From: Geosiphon pyriformis uo1
Taxonomy: Eukaryota; Fungi; Glomeromycota
DNA: 64,000 nt
Direction: 5' to 3'
Assembly: GCA_016748015.1 (NCBI GenBank)
Contig: JAAOMT010000175.1
Span: forward strand, 229,395-293,394
In this document: piece by piece, positions 27,512 through 39,300 of the stretch
Layout of the letters: each line of letters begins with the position of its first letter
How positions within the stretch are numbered: the first letter of the stretch is position 1
Notes under the pieces: model-generated
Seen by the model: the letters and a program-made list of their open reading frames with translations, nothing else
Databases searched by the model: none
What the model was told of the DNA's origin: nothing
Program-made: the position numbers and the translations under genes

Positions 27512-29025
27512 AAATGGTTTGAATTTAATGTGTTGAATGGTAAAAAAACTTCTTTCAGAAAAAATTTTGGCTCTTTTTTGGAAATTTAAGATGAATGAGA
27601 GAGAAATTTTTTTTTTAATTTTTTTAAAATTAAGTAACTTAATAAATTAATTAGATAAAATTATGTGCAAAAACATAATTTGTTTTGTTTTTAGAATTAG
27701 TAAAAATTGACTGAAATTTAATATATTAAATAATATAATTAAAGTATTTTTATTTACAATTATAATAAGAATAAATATTATAATTAATACAAATAATACA
27801 AAACAAGTAAAAAAAACAAAAAAATAGAAGAAATTAAAGCTTTATTTTTTATAAAAGAAATATTAAAAACACTAAATAAAAAACTTTTTAATATTTTAAA
27901 AAAGTTGTTATTAGTTGTAATAAAGAGTTAAAAAAATTTTTTTTTAATTATTTGGTTTTTTTAATTATTTAAGTAATAATTAAAAAAAATAACTTGGTTA
28001 TTAATTTTTTATTAAATATTTTAAAACTTTTAAAACTAATAAAAACTAATTTATTGTTATTTTATATAAAAAAACATTTTTACAGAGTATTATTAAACAG
28101 TTTTAATAATTATAAATACTTTATTAATAAAAATATTAAATAATTCAGAAATAAAAATACAAAAAAAATTTTATAATTAGTTTTATATATATTTATTATA
28201 TTAAAATAATTTATTAAATAATTAAAAATTATTTTGTGTTATTATAATTACAAATTATAATAAAAATATTTTAATTATTTTGCAAATTAAAATTATTAAA
28301 ATTATATATATATATATATATATATATTATTATAATTTTTTTATTTAATTAATTTTTTAAAGTTTAATTATTGTTTAAAACAAGAAAATACTTATTAATG
28401 TTTTTATAAAACAAAATTTCTTATTAAAATACACAGCTTACAGATTGAATTTAATGTTAATAATAATTAAATTATAACTAATATTTAAGATTAAATTATA
28501 TAAAATCAAAAAATATAAACTTAGTAATTAAGTTTTAAACTTGTTAAAAACATTAATTATTTTTATTTTTTGGTTTTATTAATATTTCAATTTAGAAATA
28601 AAAAATTAATTATACTTTTAACAAATTAAAAACTATATCATGTTTTGTAAAAAATTTAACTGTTTGACTTAAAGTTTATAAACCACTTTGGTTTTTATGT
28701 TTTATATTTGCAAGCTTTTGTTTTTGTAACTGTTGTGTTTTTCAATATGCAAGTTTTTTTCTGCTTGTTAAAATTAAATAAATTCATAATTTACAAAATG
28801 GCATTTTAACAAAAAAAAACATAAAAGGGTATATGTACAACAATCACCCAATTTAAGAATATATTGATTGATATTGTATTTACAATTCAAAATAATGAAG
28901 TCTTTACTAATTACACATAAAATATAAATTAATTTTATAAAATTTTCATAATTGCTCAATTTTGCTTTACAATTTACATCTTGACATTCAACGGAAAATT
29001 TCATGCAGTATTATGATTGTAAAAA

Positions 29026-30188
29026 TTATACTAATCGAGGCCTATTCAAAAAATGATTCCTTCGGTTCAAATCCAGCTCATTCTCCATCAGCCGCCGATG
29101 ATTAACACCATCCCGAGCAGCTACGCTCAGTACCCCCGCGACCAACTCGACACTACGAACCGCATCATCATTTGCCGGAATTGGGTAAGTAACACGTCTT
29201 GGATCAAAATCTGTGTCCACAATTCCAATTGTGGGAATGTTAGCAGACTGCGCTTCAGCCATCGCGATCGCATTTTCCAGAGGGTTCAACAAAACGATCA
29301 GGTCTGGTTTGGAAGGCATAGCTGATGATAGGCCTCTGGTAGTGCTGAGCTGATTTTCTTGTCTATTGTTGTAAGCTGGATCCCGGCTTAAAACTTGTAA
29401 AGAATTAGTAATTAGGCCAGGAAGCCAACGTTTGGAAACTTGATACGCTTCTGCACGCTTTGCTGCTTCAATTGTTAATTTCCCAAATGGCCCCGGCCGT
29501 GTTCCAACAAACACAATGATTCCACCACGTAATGCAATGTCACGAGTGACTTTACATGCACGACGAAGATAAACTAGTGTTTGCTCTAGATTTATGATGC
29601 TAATTCCCGCACGCGTGCCATATATAAATGGGGCGGTCGCTGGATTCCAGAGGGAAGTACTGTGTCCTAAGTGACACCCAGCGGCGAGAAGCAATGAAAT
29701 GCTGGTGTCGTATTGTGATAAGGGGTTGTCTTGGATCTTGATGGAAGGCGGAACATAGAGGTCTGAACCGGTTTCCTTTGTGAGACTGGGAACTTTTGAA
29801 GGGTTTTTAAGCAGAATGTTGAAATAGAAAGAATTATTAGCTTTAAAACTTTTGAAAGGAAAATAGCACAAACGTTCACAAAGCGACAGGTTACTTTCTT
29901 CTTTTAAAGTCTCTTCTGGTTTTCGAGGGGTCCAGGTCATAGCTTCCATGAACCGGTATTTAATTATATCCCGGAGACTATCATCTAACAGAGAGCTTGA
30001 CGAAGAAAATGTTCGCCAAAACCGAGGAAAAACTAGTAATGATATCAAATTTTGGCAAGTTAGTCAAGGCATTCAAAAAAAAGAATTCCAAAATTTGCTT
30101 AAGCAATCAAAAGGTTTAATTAGAAATAACCTTTTTCTTTGGGACATGAGGAAAGAATCTGCGAAAAAATACGTTGCGTTGTTAACAT
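29026..30188 (-). CDS. MRP4: Mitochondrial small-subunit ribosomal protein uS2m. Exon 1 is 30188-30131, intron 30130-30033, exon 2 30032-29026 (possible second in-frame intron ~29894/29873-29793).
   Basis: S2-family motifs LLAAGCHLGH..WNP..PFIYG, FVGTR, RWLPGLITN, PDL, IPTIGIVDTD.DP..VTYPIPANDD. GT..TGACTAAC..TAG intron restores the frame and gives a presequence-like N-terminus MLTTQRIFSQILSS. CpG-rich with no disablements. Confidence 0.93.
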
Positions 30189-30261
30189 AGGTTAAAGTAG
30201 AAAATTCAAAAATTTTATATTTAAACATGATTATGACGAGCTTTTTATGATTCCTTATAAC

Positions 30262-30269
30262 TCACGTGA
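30262..30269. promoter_or_regulatory. Palindromic E-box TCACGTGA upstream of MRP4
   Basis: ~75 bp upstream of the ATG, a retained CpG at the edge of an AT desert. Matches the bHLH (Cbf1-type) consensus. Confidence 0.35.
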
Positions 30270-31119
30270 AGCCATCTAAATAACAGGTCAAAAACTTGAA
30301 AGCCATTATTGAAAGTGTTTTTATTATGAGTAAAAGAATTTTCTTCTTTATGTGAACAATTTTTAATTTGTTTTTTCTCTATTGTATTTATTATAATTGC
30401 TTAATCTTTAATATTGTTTTATTTATAATTATTATAATTAAAAAATAATTTAGATTTAATTAATAAAATAATTAATTTACATATTAAAAATAAAATTAAC
30501 AAAGATATACGTATTAATATATTAAATAATAAAATAATAATAGTATTCTAAATTTAAATTATGCAAATTGTATTTTTTTTATAAAATGATAGTTGGTTCA
30601 ATTGTTTTTTTTTTAAATTAAAATAGGTTACAATTATTTTAATATGTTTTATTGTATATACAATCTGTTGTAAAACTATATATAAAAAAATTACAAAGAA
30701 TTATGTAAGCATATCTTTTTTAAATTAGCTAATTTAGTTTTAGTATTTTTAATGTGATTTTTTTGATTTTCATTATTTAAAAAAAATCTGGCAAAATGGT
30801 AAATTTTATTTCGAAACACAATAAAAAACAATTTTACAATAAAAACAATACATGTTTGGCAAATAAAATCCAAAAGTTAACAAAGATTTTAATAATAAAT
30901 AAAACAAAACTTTATTTATGAATAAAATAAGATTTCAGGTTTTAAGTAACAAAAAAATGGTCTAATTATCTAATTAAAATAATAAGATTAAATTTTTTAA
31001 GTTAACAAAGAAAAAATTTAAGTTAATTTTTTAAATAATTACAATATTTATTAAAATTATTATAAAATAAAAATTATTTATTAAATACAAATAATTTTTA
31101 ATAAAAAAAATATTTTTTT

Positions 31120-31640
31120 ATTATGTTTAATAAGTAAGACCCAATTATTATCTAATACAATATAATAAAAAAATATTCTAAATTAGATATAATTTATATA
31201 TTTATTATATATAACTAGTTATTTAGACTAATTAAAACTATATTATGTATTTATTTTAACAAAAATAGCATTACTTAGAACAAAAAAAAACAAACAATAT
31301 TTCTTAAATTAAAACATATGTAATAATTTTTAATATATTAAGCATATAAATAATATTATCAAATAAAACAACTTTTTTTAATAATAATAAATTTTTTAAT
31401 TAAAACAAAAACTATGCTTATTAAACAATTAATTAGCAAAAACAATTTCAAAAATTTAACTACTTTAAAATATGTAAATCATTTTTATTCTTAAAATAAA
31501 ATAATTATTTTTAATTCAAATAATATTGTTTATAAATATATTATCCAAAAAATTAGATTAATTTAAATTTAAATTTAAATTTTATTAGTTTTAATAATAA
31601 AATATATTATTTTTGGTTAATTAATAATATATTAGAAATA
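31120..31640 (-). mobile_element. Fossil LINE 3' end
   Basis: taagtaagacccaattatt..ataactagttatttagactaattaaaac aligns with the LINE2/3 3' UTR after C>T/G>A loss. Confidence 0.6.
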
Positions 31641-31777
31641 GAATAGAATATTAGAATAAAACTTCTTTCTCTCTTACATTCCAAATTTCTAAAAGAGAGC
31701 TTTTTTTTGTTAAGAGAAGTTTTTTTTACTGCCTTTACCTTTTATTACTATTCAGTTAGACACTTTACAACTTTTTC

Positions 31778-33600
31778 TGTTTGAATACAAGACTGCTGTC
31801 AGCAGTAGCATATTTGTTATAAAGGATATCAAGAAAAAGTTACTGTCTGGTTCAGCTGTGGTTGACTCTTCTTCTAGGAAGAAACACAAGGGTGGTTTAT
31901 TGGTCAAATCTATCAAGGTAGTTAATGTTTCTACTAGTGGTGCCTCTGGTAGTGCAGCTAAAAGTGCAAGTAGAGATACTACTGAGTTTAAGAGTGTTGA
32001 TATGGAAGAGGAGTATTTGGTGGAAGAAACCAGCTTTTAGCAAGAAAGTGAGGGAGAGTCTGGTGGTGATGATACTGAAATAATGCCTAAAGGTCCCAAA
32101 AAAGTTGTTACTAAGTGTATTCTTGGAAAACCTTTTGGCACTATTAACTTTGACATGGAAAATAATGATGACGATGATATTTTGGATGGATCAATCCCTT
32201 TCTCTCCTTCTCTTCCTCTCAAACATATGGTGCAAGTCTCAGTCAGGAAATTTTTTGCTCTGGATATTGATCTTGGAATAGTGGCTGGCAAGTCATCTCA
32301 GAAAAAATTAGCTTATGTCAGAAAAATTTTCTTTGGTGTGAATGGTTTTGGGGGGGCCTTTACCTCCTCAAAATTTGGTGAAATCATTTGTGCTTCTTTT
32401 ACTTTTGAAAAGGCAATGATGGCTGCAGCAAAGTTGGCAAATAATTGTGGTATTATGATAAACACTAATCTCAAGTGTCCTATCAACAACTGTACAAATC
32501 GGGCAATTGTGCTAAAAAAAATTCCAGTAGGAACATCTGTTGAGGCTGTGTGAACTGCTGTGTCTGAATTTGGAAAGATTAAGGTGATTAAAATACAATT
32601 GGTAGGTTTGTAGCAGAAAGTGATCATTAAGTTAGATGATCAGAATCAAGCTGATTTTTTGGTTTCTAAGTGGTCTATTCTTATTGGGAAAAATGCAGTG
32701 CATATGGCTAGGGCTGATGTTGACAAACAAACATGGGATGCCAGAAATGTTTAGAGGGCTTTGTTTTATACTCTCCCTGTAGGGATGACTGCTCATAACC
32801 TATGGGACTTCATTGGTTCTATGGGTGAAAAAACTTGTGTCATCAATTGCAATCCTGTCAATTATACTCATGCTCATTGTATCATAATGTGTTTCGAATC
32901 TGAGTTGGATTTGGTTAATGCAATTGCTACAACACCTATTATAAAGGGAGTTGGTCTCCGCTGGTTTTGTCTTTTGTTGGCTTTGTGTTCAGTATGTAAG
33001 ATTTCTAGTCATATATCTCTCGCTTGTAAATTGGTTAAAGCTGGGTCAATTCCCAGAGACAGAAAAACCCCTCTTTTGGCCCAAGACCAGTTCAGATTGG
33101 CACCTATCTCTCATCCTCTGGTCTTCAATAGAAAAACTTGGGCATCAGTGATTAATGCTCTTTCTACAGGTTTTCTTTGTGGTACTCTCTCCTTTCTTGG
33201 TTCTATTGATGATGGTAAACCTCTTCCTTCTGGTGTAAATGATTTGGAAATATGATTGATTAATATTGAAAGCAGTCTCACCAGCCTCGTAGAACAAATT
33301 GGTGAGTTGGCTAAGAGGTTGAACTTTTTTGTGCTGGCAGTTTCCCAGCATAGCCTTGGATATCAGCTGCTGGTAACCCCTCCTTCACAGAATCTAGAGA
33401 GTGATATAGTGATGGAAGTGGGCTTGAATAAGACCACTAGTGGTAAGGCTGCTACAGTTTTGAATTTGTCTGTGTCTCCCCACATGATCAAGTTAGAAAA
33501 TATGCTGAAGGGTCTTTCTGCTTCTGTTCTGAGCCTGTCTGCCCAATTTGATGGTCTGGTTTTGGCTGGTGGTGTGTTTCCTCAATCTCCTTCTCAATGA
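31778..33600 (+). pseudogene. LINE4 ORF1
   Basis: Fragments 31858, 32083, 32761 and 33256 are homologous to LINE2 ORF1. CSVCKISSHISLAC knuckle. Confidence 0.85.
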
Positions 33601-35519
33601 ATGTTTTAGTTTGGAAAGTTGCAACTTGCAACATTAGAGGTATGAACAATCCTGCAAAGCAGGATAATATTATATGTTGGCATAAGGACATAGGTAACTT
33701 AATTTCTATTTTTACGGAATCAAAACTAAAGAAGAAGATTTACTTGTGGATTGCTAATAGATTTGATGGTGTTTGGGTCTTCACTTCTGGTTTAAAATCT
33801 GGTCATTTGGATGCTGGTGTTGTTGTTATATTGGATTCTTCTTTAGCAAAGCACATGAGCAGAGTTTTTAAGGTGCCTGGTCAGCTTTTCTCCATTAAAC
33901 TGCTTTTCAGGGATAAAATTTCGGTGTCAATTTTGGGACTTTATGCTGGTGCTTTCTTAGTGGTTTGGTTCTCTTAGGCTGGTAAAATCAACTCTTTTAT
34001 TGTGAAGGCAGTGAATGAATCATCTTTCATCATCCTCAGTCGTAATTTCAATGAAGATGACTCTCATAAGTGTGCAAGTTTCAGAAAGTGTGCTGATTTG
34101 GGGCTTGTTGATTTTTTGGCTGGTAGTCTGGCCATCAAAGAACCTACTTGGACGAACTTTAAGGGATTCATGAAGACAATTGACTTCATATTTGTCTCCT
34201 CAAATCTGGTTAATGCAATAGTGCACCAAGAGGTTTTGGAGGTCAGTAAGTATTTTAACACAGATCACAAGGCAGTTTTTATGTCTGTGGGTTTGAGTGG
34301 TCTTTTAAACACATAGTTGAACTCTCTTTGCAAACAGGTGAATAAAGATTAGTGGAAGTTTAATTTCAAGAATGCTGGTGAAGATAAGTGGAATAATTTC
34401 AAGAATGCTATGATGGCCAATGCAGCAATGTTCTTAAATGAGTTTGTTGCAGCTTCAAGGTTTTCAGACTTGGACACAATGTGAGATGTTATTCAAAAAG
34501 TTATGGTGTTTTTGGCTAATGAAATATTGAAAAAGAAATGGTTTAGGAACAATGATCACATCTTTACCAAGGAGTCTTCGAGGTTTCACAGATTGGAACT
34601 TTTAGTTTCAAAGATTGTTAGGACTTTTCGTGGAAGTGGTGTTGATATTTTTGTTTCTCTTATGAAGCATTGGTGTTCTTTGGATGGTGTTAGCACTTTG
34701 ATTGTTCAGGATTTGGTGGACTCTGGTGCATCTTTTAATTGTGTTTGTTCTGCTCTCTCTGAAGCTAAAAAATCTTATCATGCTTTGAAGCTGGCAGAAT
34801 CTCTAAGAGCTAAAGAGACGGACATTAAATCTGCTATTGACAAAAGGATAGAAAGCTTTGAGACAGATAAAGGCCATACTATCAAGAGTGTATTGGAGCA
34901 CCCTTTTCACAAGGTGGTGCTTAATCATTTGGTTATTGATGATGAGCTGGTTTTGGAGCCTAGTTTGGTTAAGTCTAAGATTGATTTGATTATGAAAAGC
35001 TGGACCCAGAAGTGTCAGACAGTTCCTGGTGTTCCTAAGGATTGGTGTTGTCAGTATCAGTTTTTGGAATACATTTTTGATGAAGCTTTTTCTGGTGTAA
35101 TGTGTTCAATTGATTTTGAGGAATTTTTTGGAGTGGTTTCTAATCTGCTTGATGGCAAGACTGCTGGTCTCTTGGGTATCTCGAATGAACTTTGGAAGCA
35201 TTGTGATAAATCTATTCTGAACATGCTTTTGGTGCCTCTGAACTGTTGTTTGTCTAATGAATCTGTTTCCACTCCTTGGAAAGAAGCCTGGGTCTCAATA
35301 ATTCCCAAATCATATAAGTGAGAAGGTGTTTTAACAAATACTTATCCTATTGCATTGATTGAAATGGCTCACAAAATTCTCTTTAATAGAATTTCCTCAG
35401 CTTGCAGCACTTTTGATGTTCTTTGTGATGACAATTTTTTGGTTTTAAAGAGTACAACAACTCAGTCTCTTATTTTTGCAATTGGATCGGTCATTGAGAA
35501 TGCTTTAGAAAAAGACCGG
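33597..35519 (+). pseudogene. LINE4 ORF2, 5' part (APE and start of RT)
   Basis: MNVLVWKVATCNIRG, TIDFIFVS, TDHKAV. Confidence 0.9.
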
Positions 35520-36348
35520 TGTTACTCATAGAAATATAGGAAATATATTAGCATAATTATTAGCCAATCAGAAGTAAGCATAGTAAATGTGGAATTCCAG
35601 AATTCCTCTCAGGAATTGCAGGATTCCAGAATTCCAGGATTCCTCTCAAAGGAATCGCAAGATTCCAGGAATTCCAGGATTCCTGTCATGAAGAATTGAG
35701 GAATTGAGGAATTCCAATTATGTATATATAGCAGTAGTGTTAGAAGCAGAAGAGACAGAATCAATATCACAGAATCCTTAGCCTAGTAACACAATCATCA
35801 AATAAATAAATTATTTCATATCTCTATCCACTTACCCACTATCAACTTTTTATGTTGATAGTAATTGATTCTTAACCACACTGGAACAATAGCTCTTGAT
35901 CATGACTATTGACAGAATACTAATCTGCAAATTGCCTTGGCTTATTTCTTTTCTTTCTTTATTTTCTTTTATTTTTTTTCTTTATTTTATTTTGATTTGT
36001 TGTTGTATACTAATTGATTAAAAGGATTAAGCACTGAGTTATTGACGTCAAGGATAGCCTGGTAAAAGACCCAGAAATAAGGGTAGGATTTTATATATTA
36101 TTAGATAGCTTACTAGAAGGGCACGACTGCCAGACTAAATCTGGCCACCATGCTGAGAAAAAAATTGGGAAAACTTTTGGAAAGATACATCTATTATTAA
36201 CACTATTGAATTTCTGTTCGTTATACAAAAGACTCAACCAAAACCTTTAGATACAAAACCTTCAGATTACTATCAACTGTAATTAGCTTTGAGCACCAAG
36301 TTATGGGTTTGTTATTTAATTCAACAGCAGAAATAATCACCTGTAACA
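35520..36348 (+). repeat. B3 5' LTR (829 bp)
   Basis: TGTTACTCAT...CTGTAACA. Direct repeat of 51993-52822. TATATATA at ~35723 and AATAAA at ~35801. Confidence 0.96.
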
Positions 36349-36350
36349 TT

Positions 36351-36368
36351 TGGTGCTCCCTGTGAGGT
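36351..36368 (+). promoter_or_regulatory. Primer binding site TGGTGCTCCCTGTGAGGT
   Basis: 2 nt after the LTR. Complementary to a tRNA 3' end ..CCUCACAGGGAGCACCA (elongator Met or Ile-like, identity unverified). Confidence 0.85.
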
Positions 36369-39300
36369 ATAATCTTACAGAGAACCAGCACCGACAACAC
36401 CAAACCAAAAGTGACAGAATCAGAAAACATAGGAGCAAACCATTTAGGATTCGCAAAATCCTTATTTCAACACTATTGTTAATACTTGGGATTAAACCAC
36501 AATCATATATCTGCCGAATCAGTCTTCAATTTCTACGTCAATGAAAAGATTTCCTCTTTATTAGGAACACCAATAAATACTGAATCAGCAAGAGAAACTT
36601 TCTACAGAGAATTAATTCAAAACATCAACCTACCAACAAACCATAATTTTGCATCCATCATCACTGAGATCAACAAAGAAATTGAACACCACATTCAACA
36701 AAGATATCCAATTACTTATGCTAGTAAAGGCAAGGGAAAATTACAAACACCAGCAGTAACACCCCAAAAAATACAGCCATCTGCTTGGAAGAAAAACAGA
36801 GTTGAATCTCCAAGTAACCCATCATACTACTATACACCTGAAAGCACCATCAACATATCATCAACCGATGTATTGCCATCAACTGCAACATTAGCATTTG
36901 GATGATTCCTATTCCAAAGTAGACAAAGGAAAACCGAATTGTTAGGACCATATGGCGAATACTTTGAGGGATTTAATTCGTGATCATCAACCCCATCAGG
37001 ACTTCAATCACCACCACCTCCACCAGATTTTGGAATTTCTGACCTGTGGAAAGCAGCAGAATCAGAAAAAGAAGAAAAAAAATCAGAGGATCAAGAATTC
37101 ACTTACCAGAACCCAATCACTGAAAACCCAGAAGTTGAAATCCCAAATATTCAAATTTAGCAACAGTTAGAAAATCCGGAAATTGAAACTCCGAATATTC
37201 AAACACCGCCAAATTAAAGAAATCAAAACCTCGAATTAATTAATCAGCAAAACTTACCTCCGGTAATCATCATCAATCAACTGCCAATTAATCCCATAGC
37301 TGAACCTATACAGCAGCCACTTCAGCTACCACCCCAACAGCCAGAACAACAACAACTGCTTCAACAGCTACTACAACCACCTAACTTAGATCCAATGGCC
37401 TACGCACTAATTGCAAAACTTGACAACTTTATGGATGAAGAGAATGACACTCAAATATGGCTGAATGATGTAGAAAAGGCCATCGCAGCCAATGGATGGA
37501 ATGACACTCAAGCAATGCAAGCCATTCTCTACTTTCTCAAAGATACTGCTGATTTATGGTACCAAAACTTGATTAATAAACCACAAGATTTTAATGCCTT
37601 CAAAGCGGAATTCTTAAGATACTTTAGCAACAATAACAGCATCAATTACCTAGTCAATGCATTCACCACCATAAAACAAGGAGAAACTAAAGCAGTCACC
37701 ACTTACCTGGGATGCTTCCATCGAAACCTACGCCAAATTCAAGCAATTGATGCCAACTATTTCACAGCACCACAGATACTCAATCAGTTTATCCGTGGCC
37801 TGCACAGCAACATCTTGCAATATGTACGTCTGTTGCATCCAGACACCCTTCAAGATGCAGTCACATGTGCCAGAGATTTTGAATCCACTGAGTCAGAGGC
37901 TAACCACGCCCAAACCGTTAATTTAGTAATGAACGGATCATCTGAATTGGATTCCAAATGGGAGAAGTTCAGTGAATCAATCAATAAAAGATTGGAAGGA
38001 TACTTAGCTGACAATTACACCATTTATCAGCCTCCACAATGATGCAATAATCAAGAAAATTCTAATTGTGGCCAAAATCAACCATGTCCATCTTCATCAA
38101 CCAATCAACAGTGGCAACAGGAAATGTGTATCTGCCACTATTGTGGTAAACAAGGACATATCCAAATTGACTGTTGCCAGCGTCTAAATAACCAATAATC
38201 AGGAAATTAATATCGAAATCCCAATTGCCGGTTCCAAACCCCGAATCATTATTCAAATCAGAGTCAAGACCAATATCAAAATAATTACCTGCCCATGACG
38301 CAGCAACCAATCTATCAACCACCAGTATATTAACCTCCGATTCAACAGCCGCAGCCACAAGTAATATATCAACCACAGCCACAAATAATTTATCAACCCC
38401 AACAAATCCAAACACCACCCCAAAACTTACCATCCAATGAAACCCAAAGACCAAGAATGACTCAACAGAGCTGGAAATCGGCAATGATAGTCCATCAACC
38501 AATCCCCAGTTCTTCACAACAACCATCTGGATTTTGCCAGCAGAATTTGGGTACTGGTCAACTCCAGAACTCAAATTCCCAGAACTATTTAAGTCTTCTG
38601 GTTACTCCAGAAGACACTTCAACCAACAATCTGGCATCTACCCAAAAACAACCACTTACCAGTAATATTCCACCTGCTACTATCACCGAAGACGAGTCAT
38701 TGGCCACTATCTTCCCATTTGAATTTGAGAAAACCACTACAATGCTATTGTTTAGTGGAACCGCTCTTGAAGCCAAACCAATCACCGTGATGTACATTGA
38801 CACCAAGATTGAAGGACAATCCATCAAATTGATCCTGGACAACAGTTCTGCAGGCAGCATAATTACAAGGCAACTCATGAATCAGTTAGGTCGCCGAGTT
38901 GATTGAGCTGCCAGTACTAGAATCATCACAGCCGATGGAGGGACCAAAACTCCAATCGGCGAAATCAACAACTTTCCTTTTGAAGTCAATGACATTGTGA
39001 CTCCCATTAAAGTTCTAGTGATGGAAGCTACTCAATACCAAGCTCTCGTTGGTAATGACTGGCTATTCAAAGTCAACGCAACATTAGACTGGAATACCCA
39101 AGAACTCCAGCTAACGTATTAGAGCCAACACATACATGTTCCGGCCACGTGTGGCCACTTCAAAACTCCTCCAAGAGAGAAACTATTGATTGAACTGGAG
39201 GAGAAGAAAGAAAAGCCTACCTGGGAAGCCTACTAAGTATTGTGGGTGGACGAAGAGCACAATGAACTATTGCCAATACTTTCCTGGGACGACAGCAACA

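Larger units (their letters stand above)
20877..27613 (-). mobile_element. LINE copy 3, full length
   Basis: (TAA)n tail at 20877-20905. Probable TSD TTTAATTTTT(TT)AAAATT at 20861-20876 and 27614-27631. Collinear with LINE2. Confidence 0.92.

Noticed and set aside
28303-28328. (TA)n microsatellite as a functional element
   Set aside because: Expected in AT-rich decayed DNA.
27630-28800. Fossil LINE endonuclease region or real ORF 28774-29004
   Set aside because: Only vague similarity by eye in low-complexity DNA. It cannot be supported without an RY-space alignment.
29026-30048. Bacterial rpsB by horizontal transfer or contamination
   Set aside because: A spliceosomal intron, a presequence-like N-terminus and the shortened internal region fit nuclear-encoded uS2m.
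31630-31657. TSD for LINE4
   Set aside because: No convincing match after the tail at 55706.
38062-38574. Antisense ORFs (also 15146-15628, 60074-60646, 46260-46655 and others)
   Set aside because: Shadows of sense-strand TE coding sequence, with no motifs and no conservation between copies.
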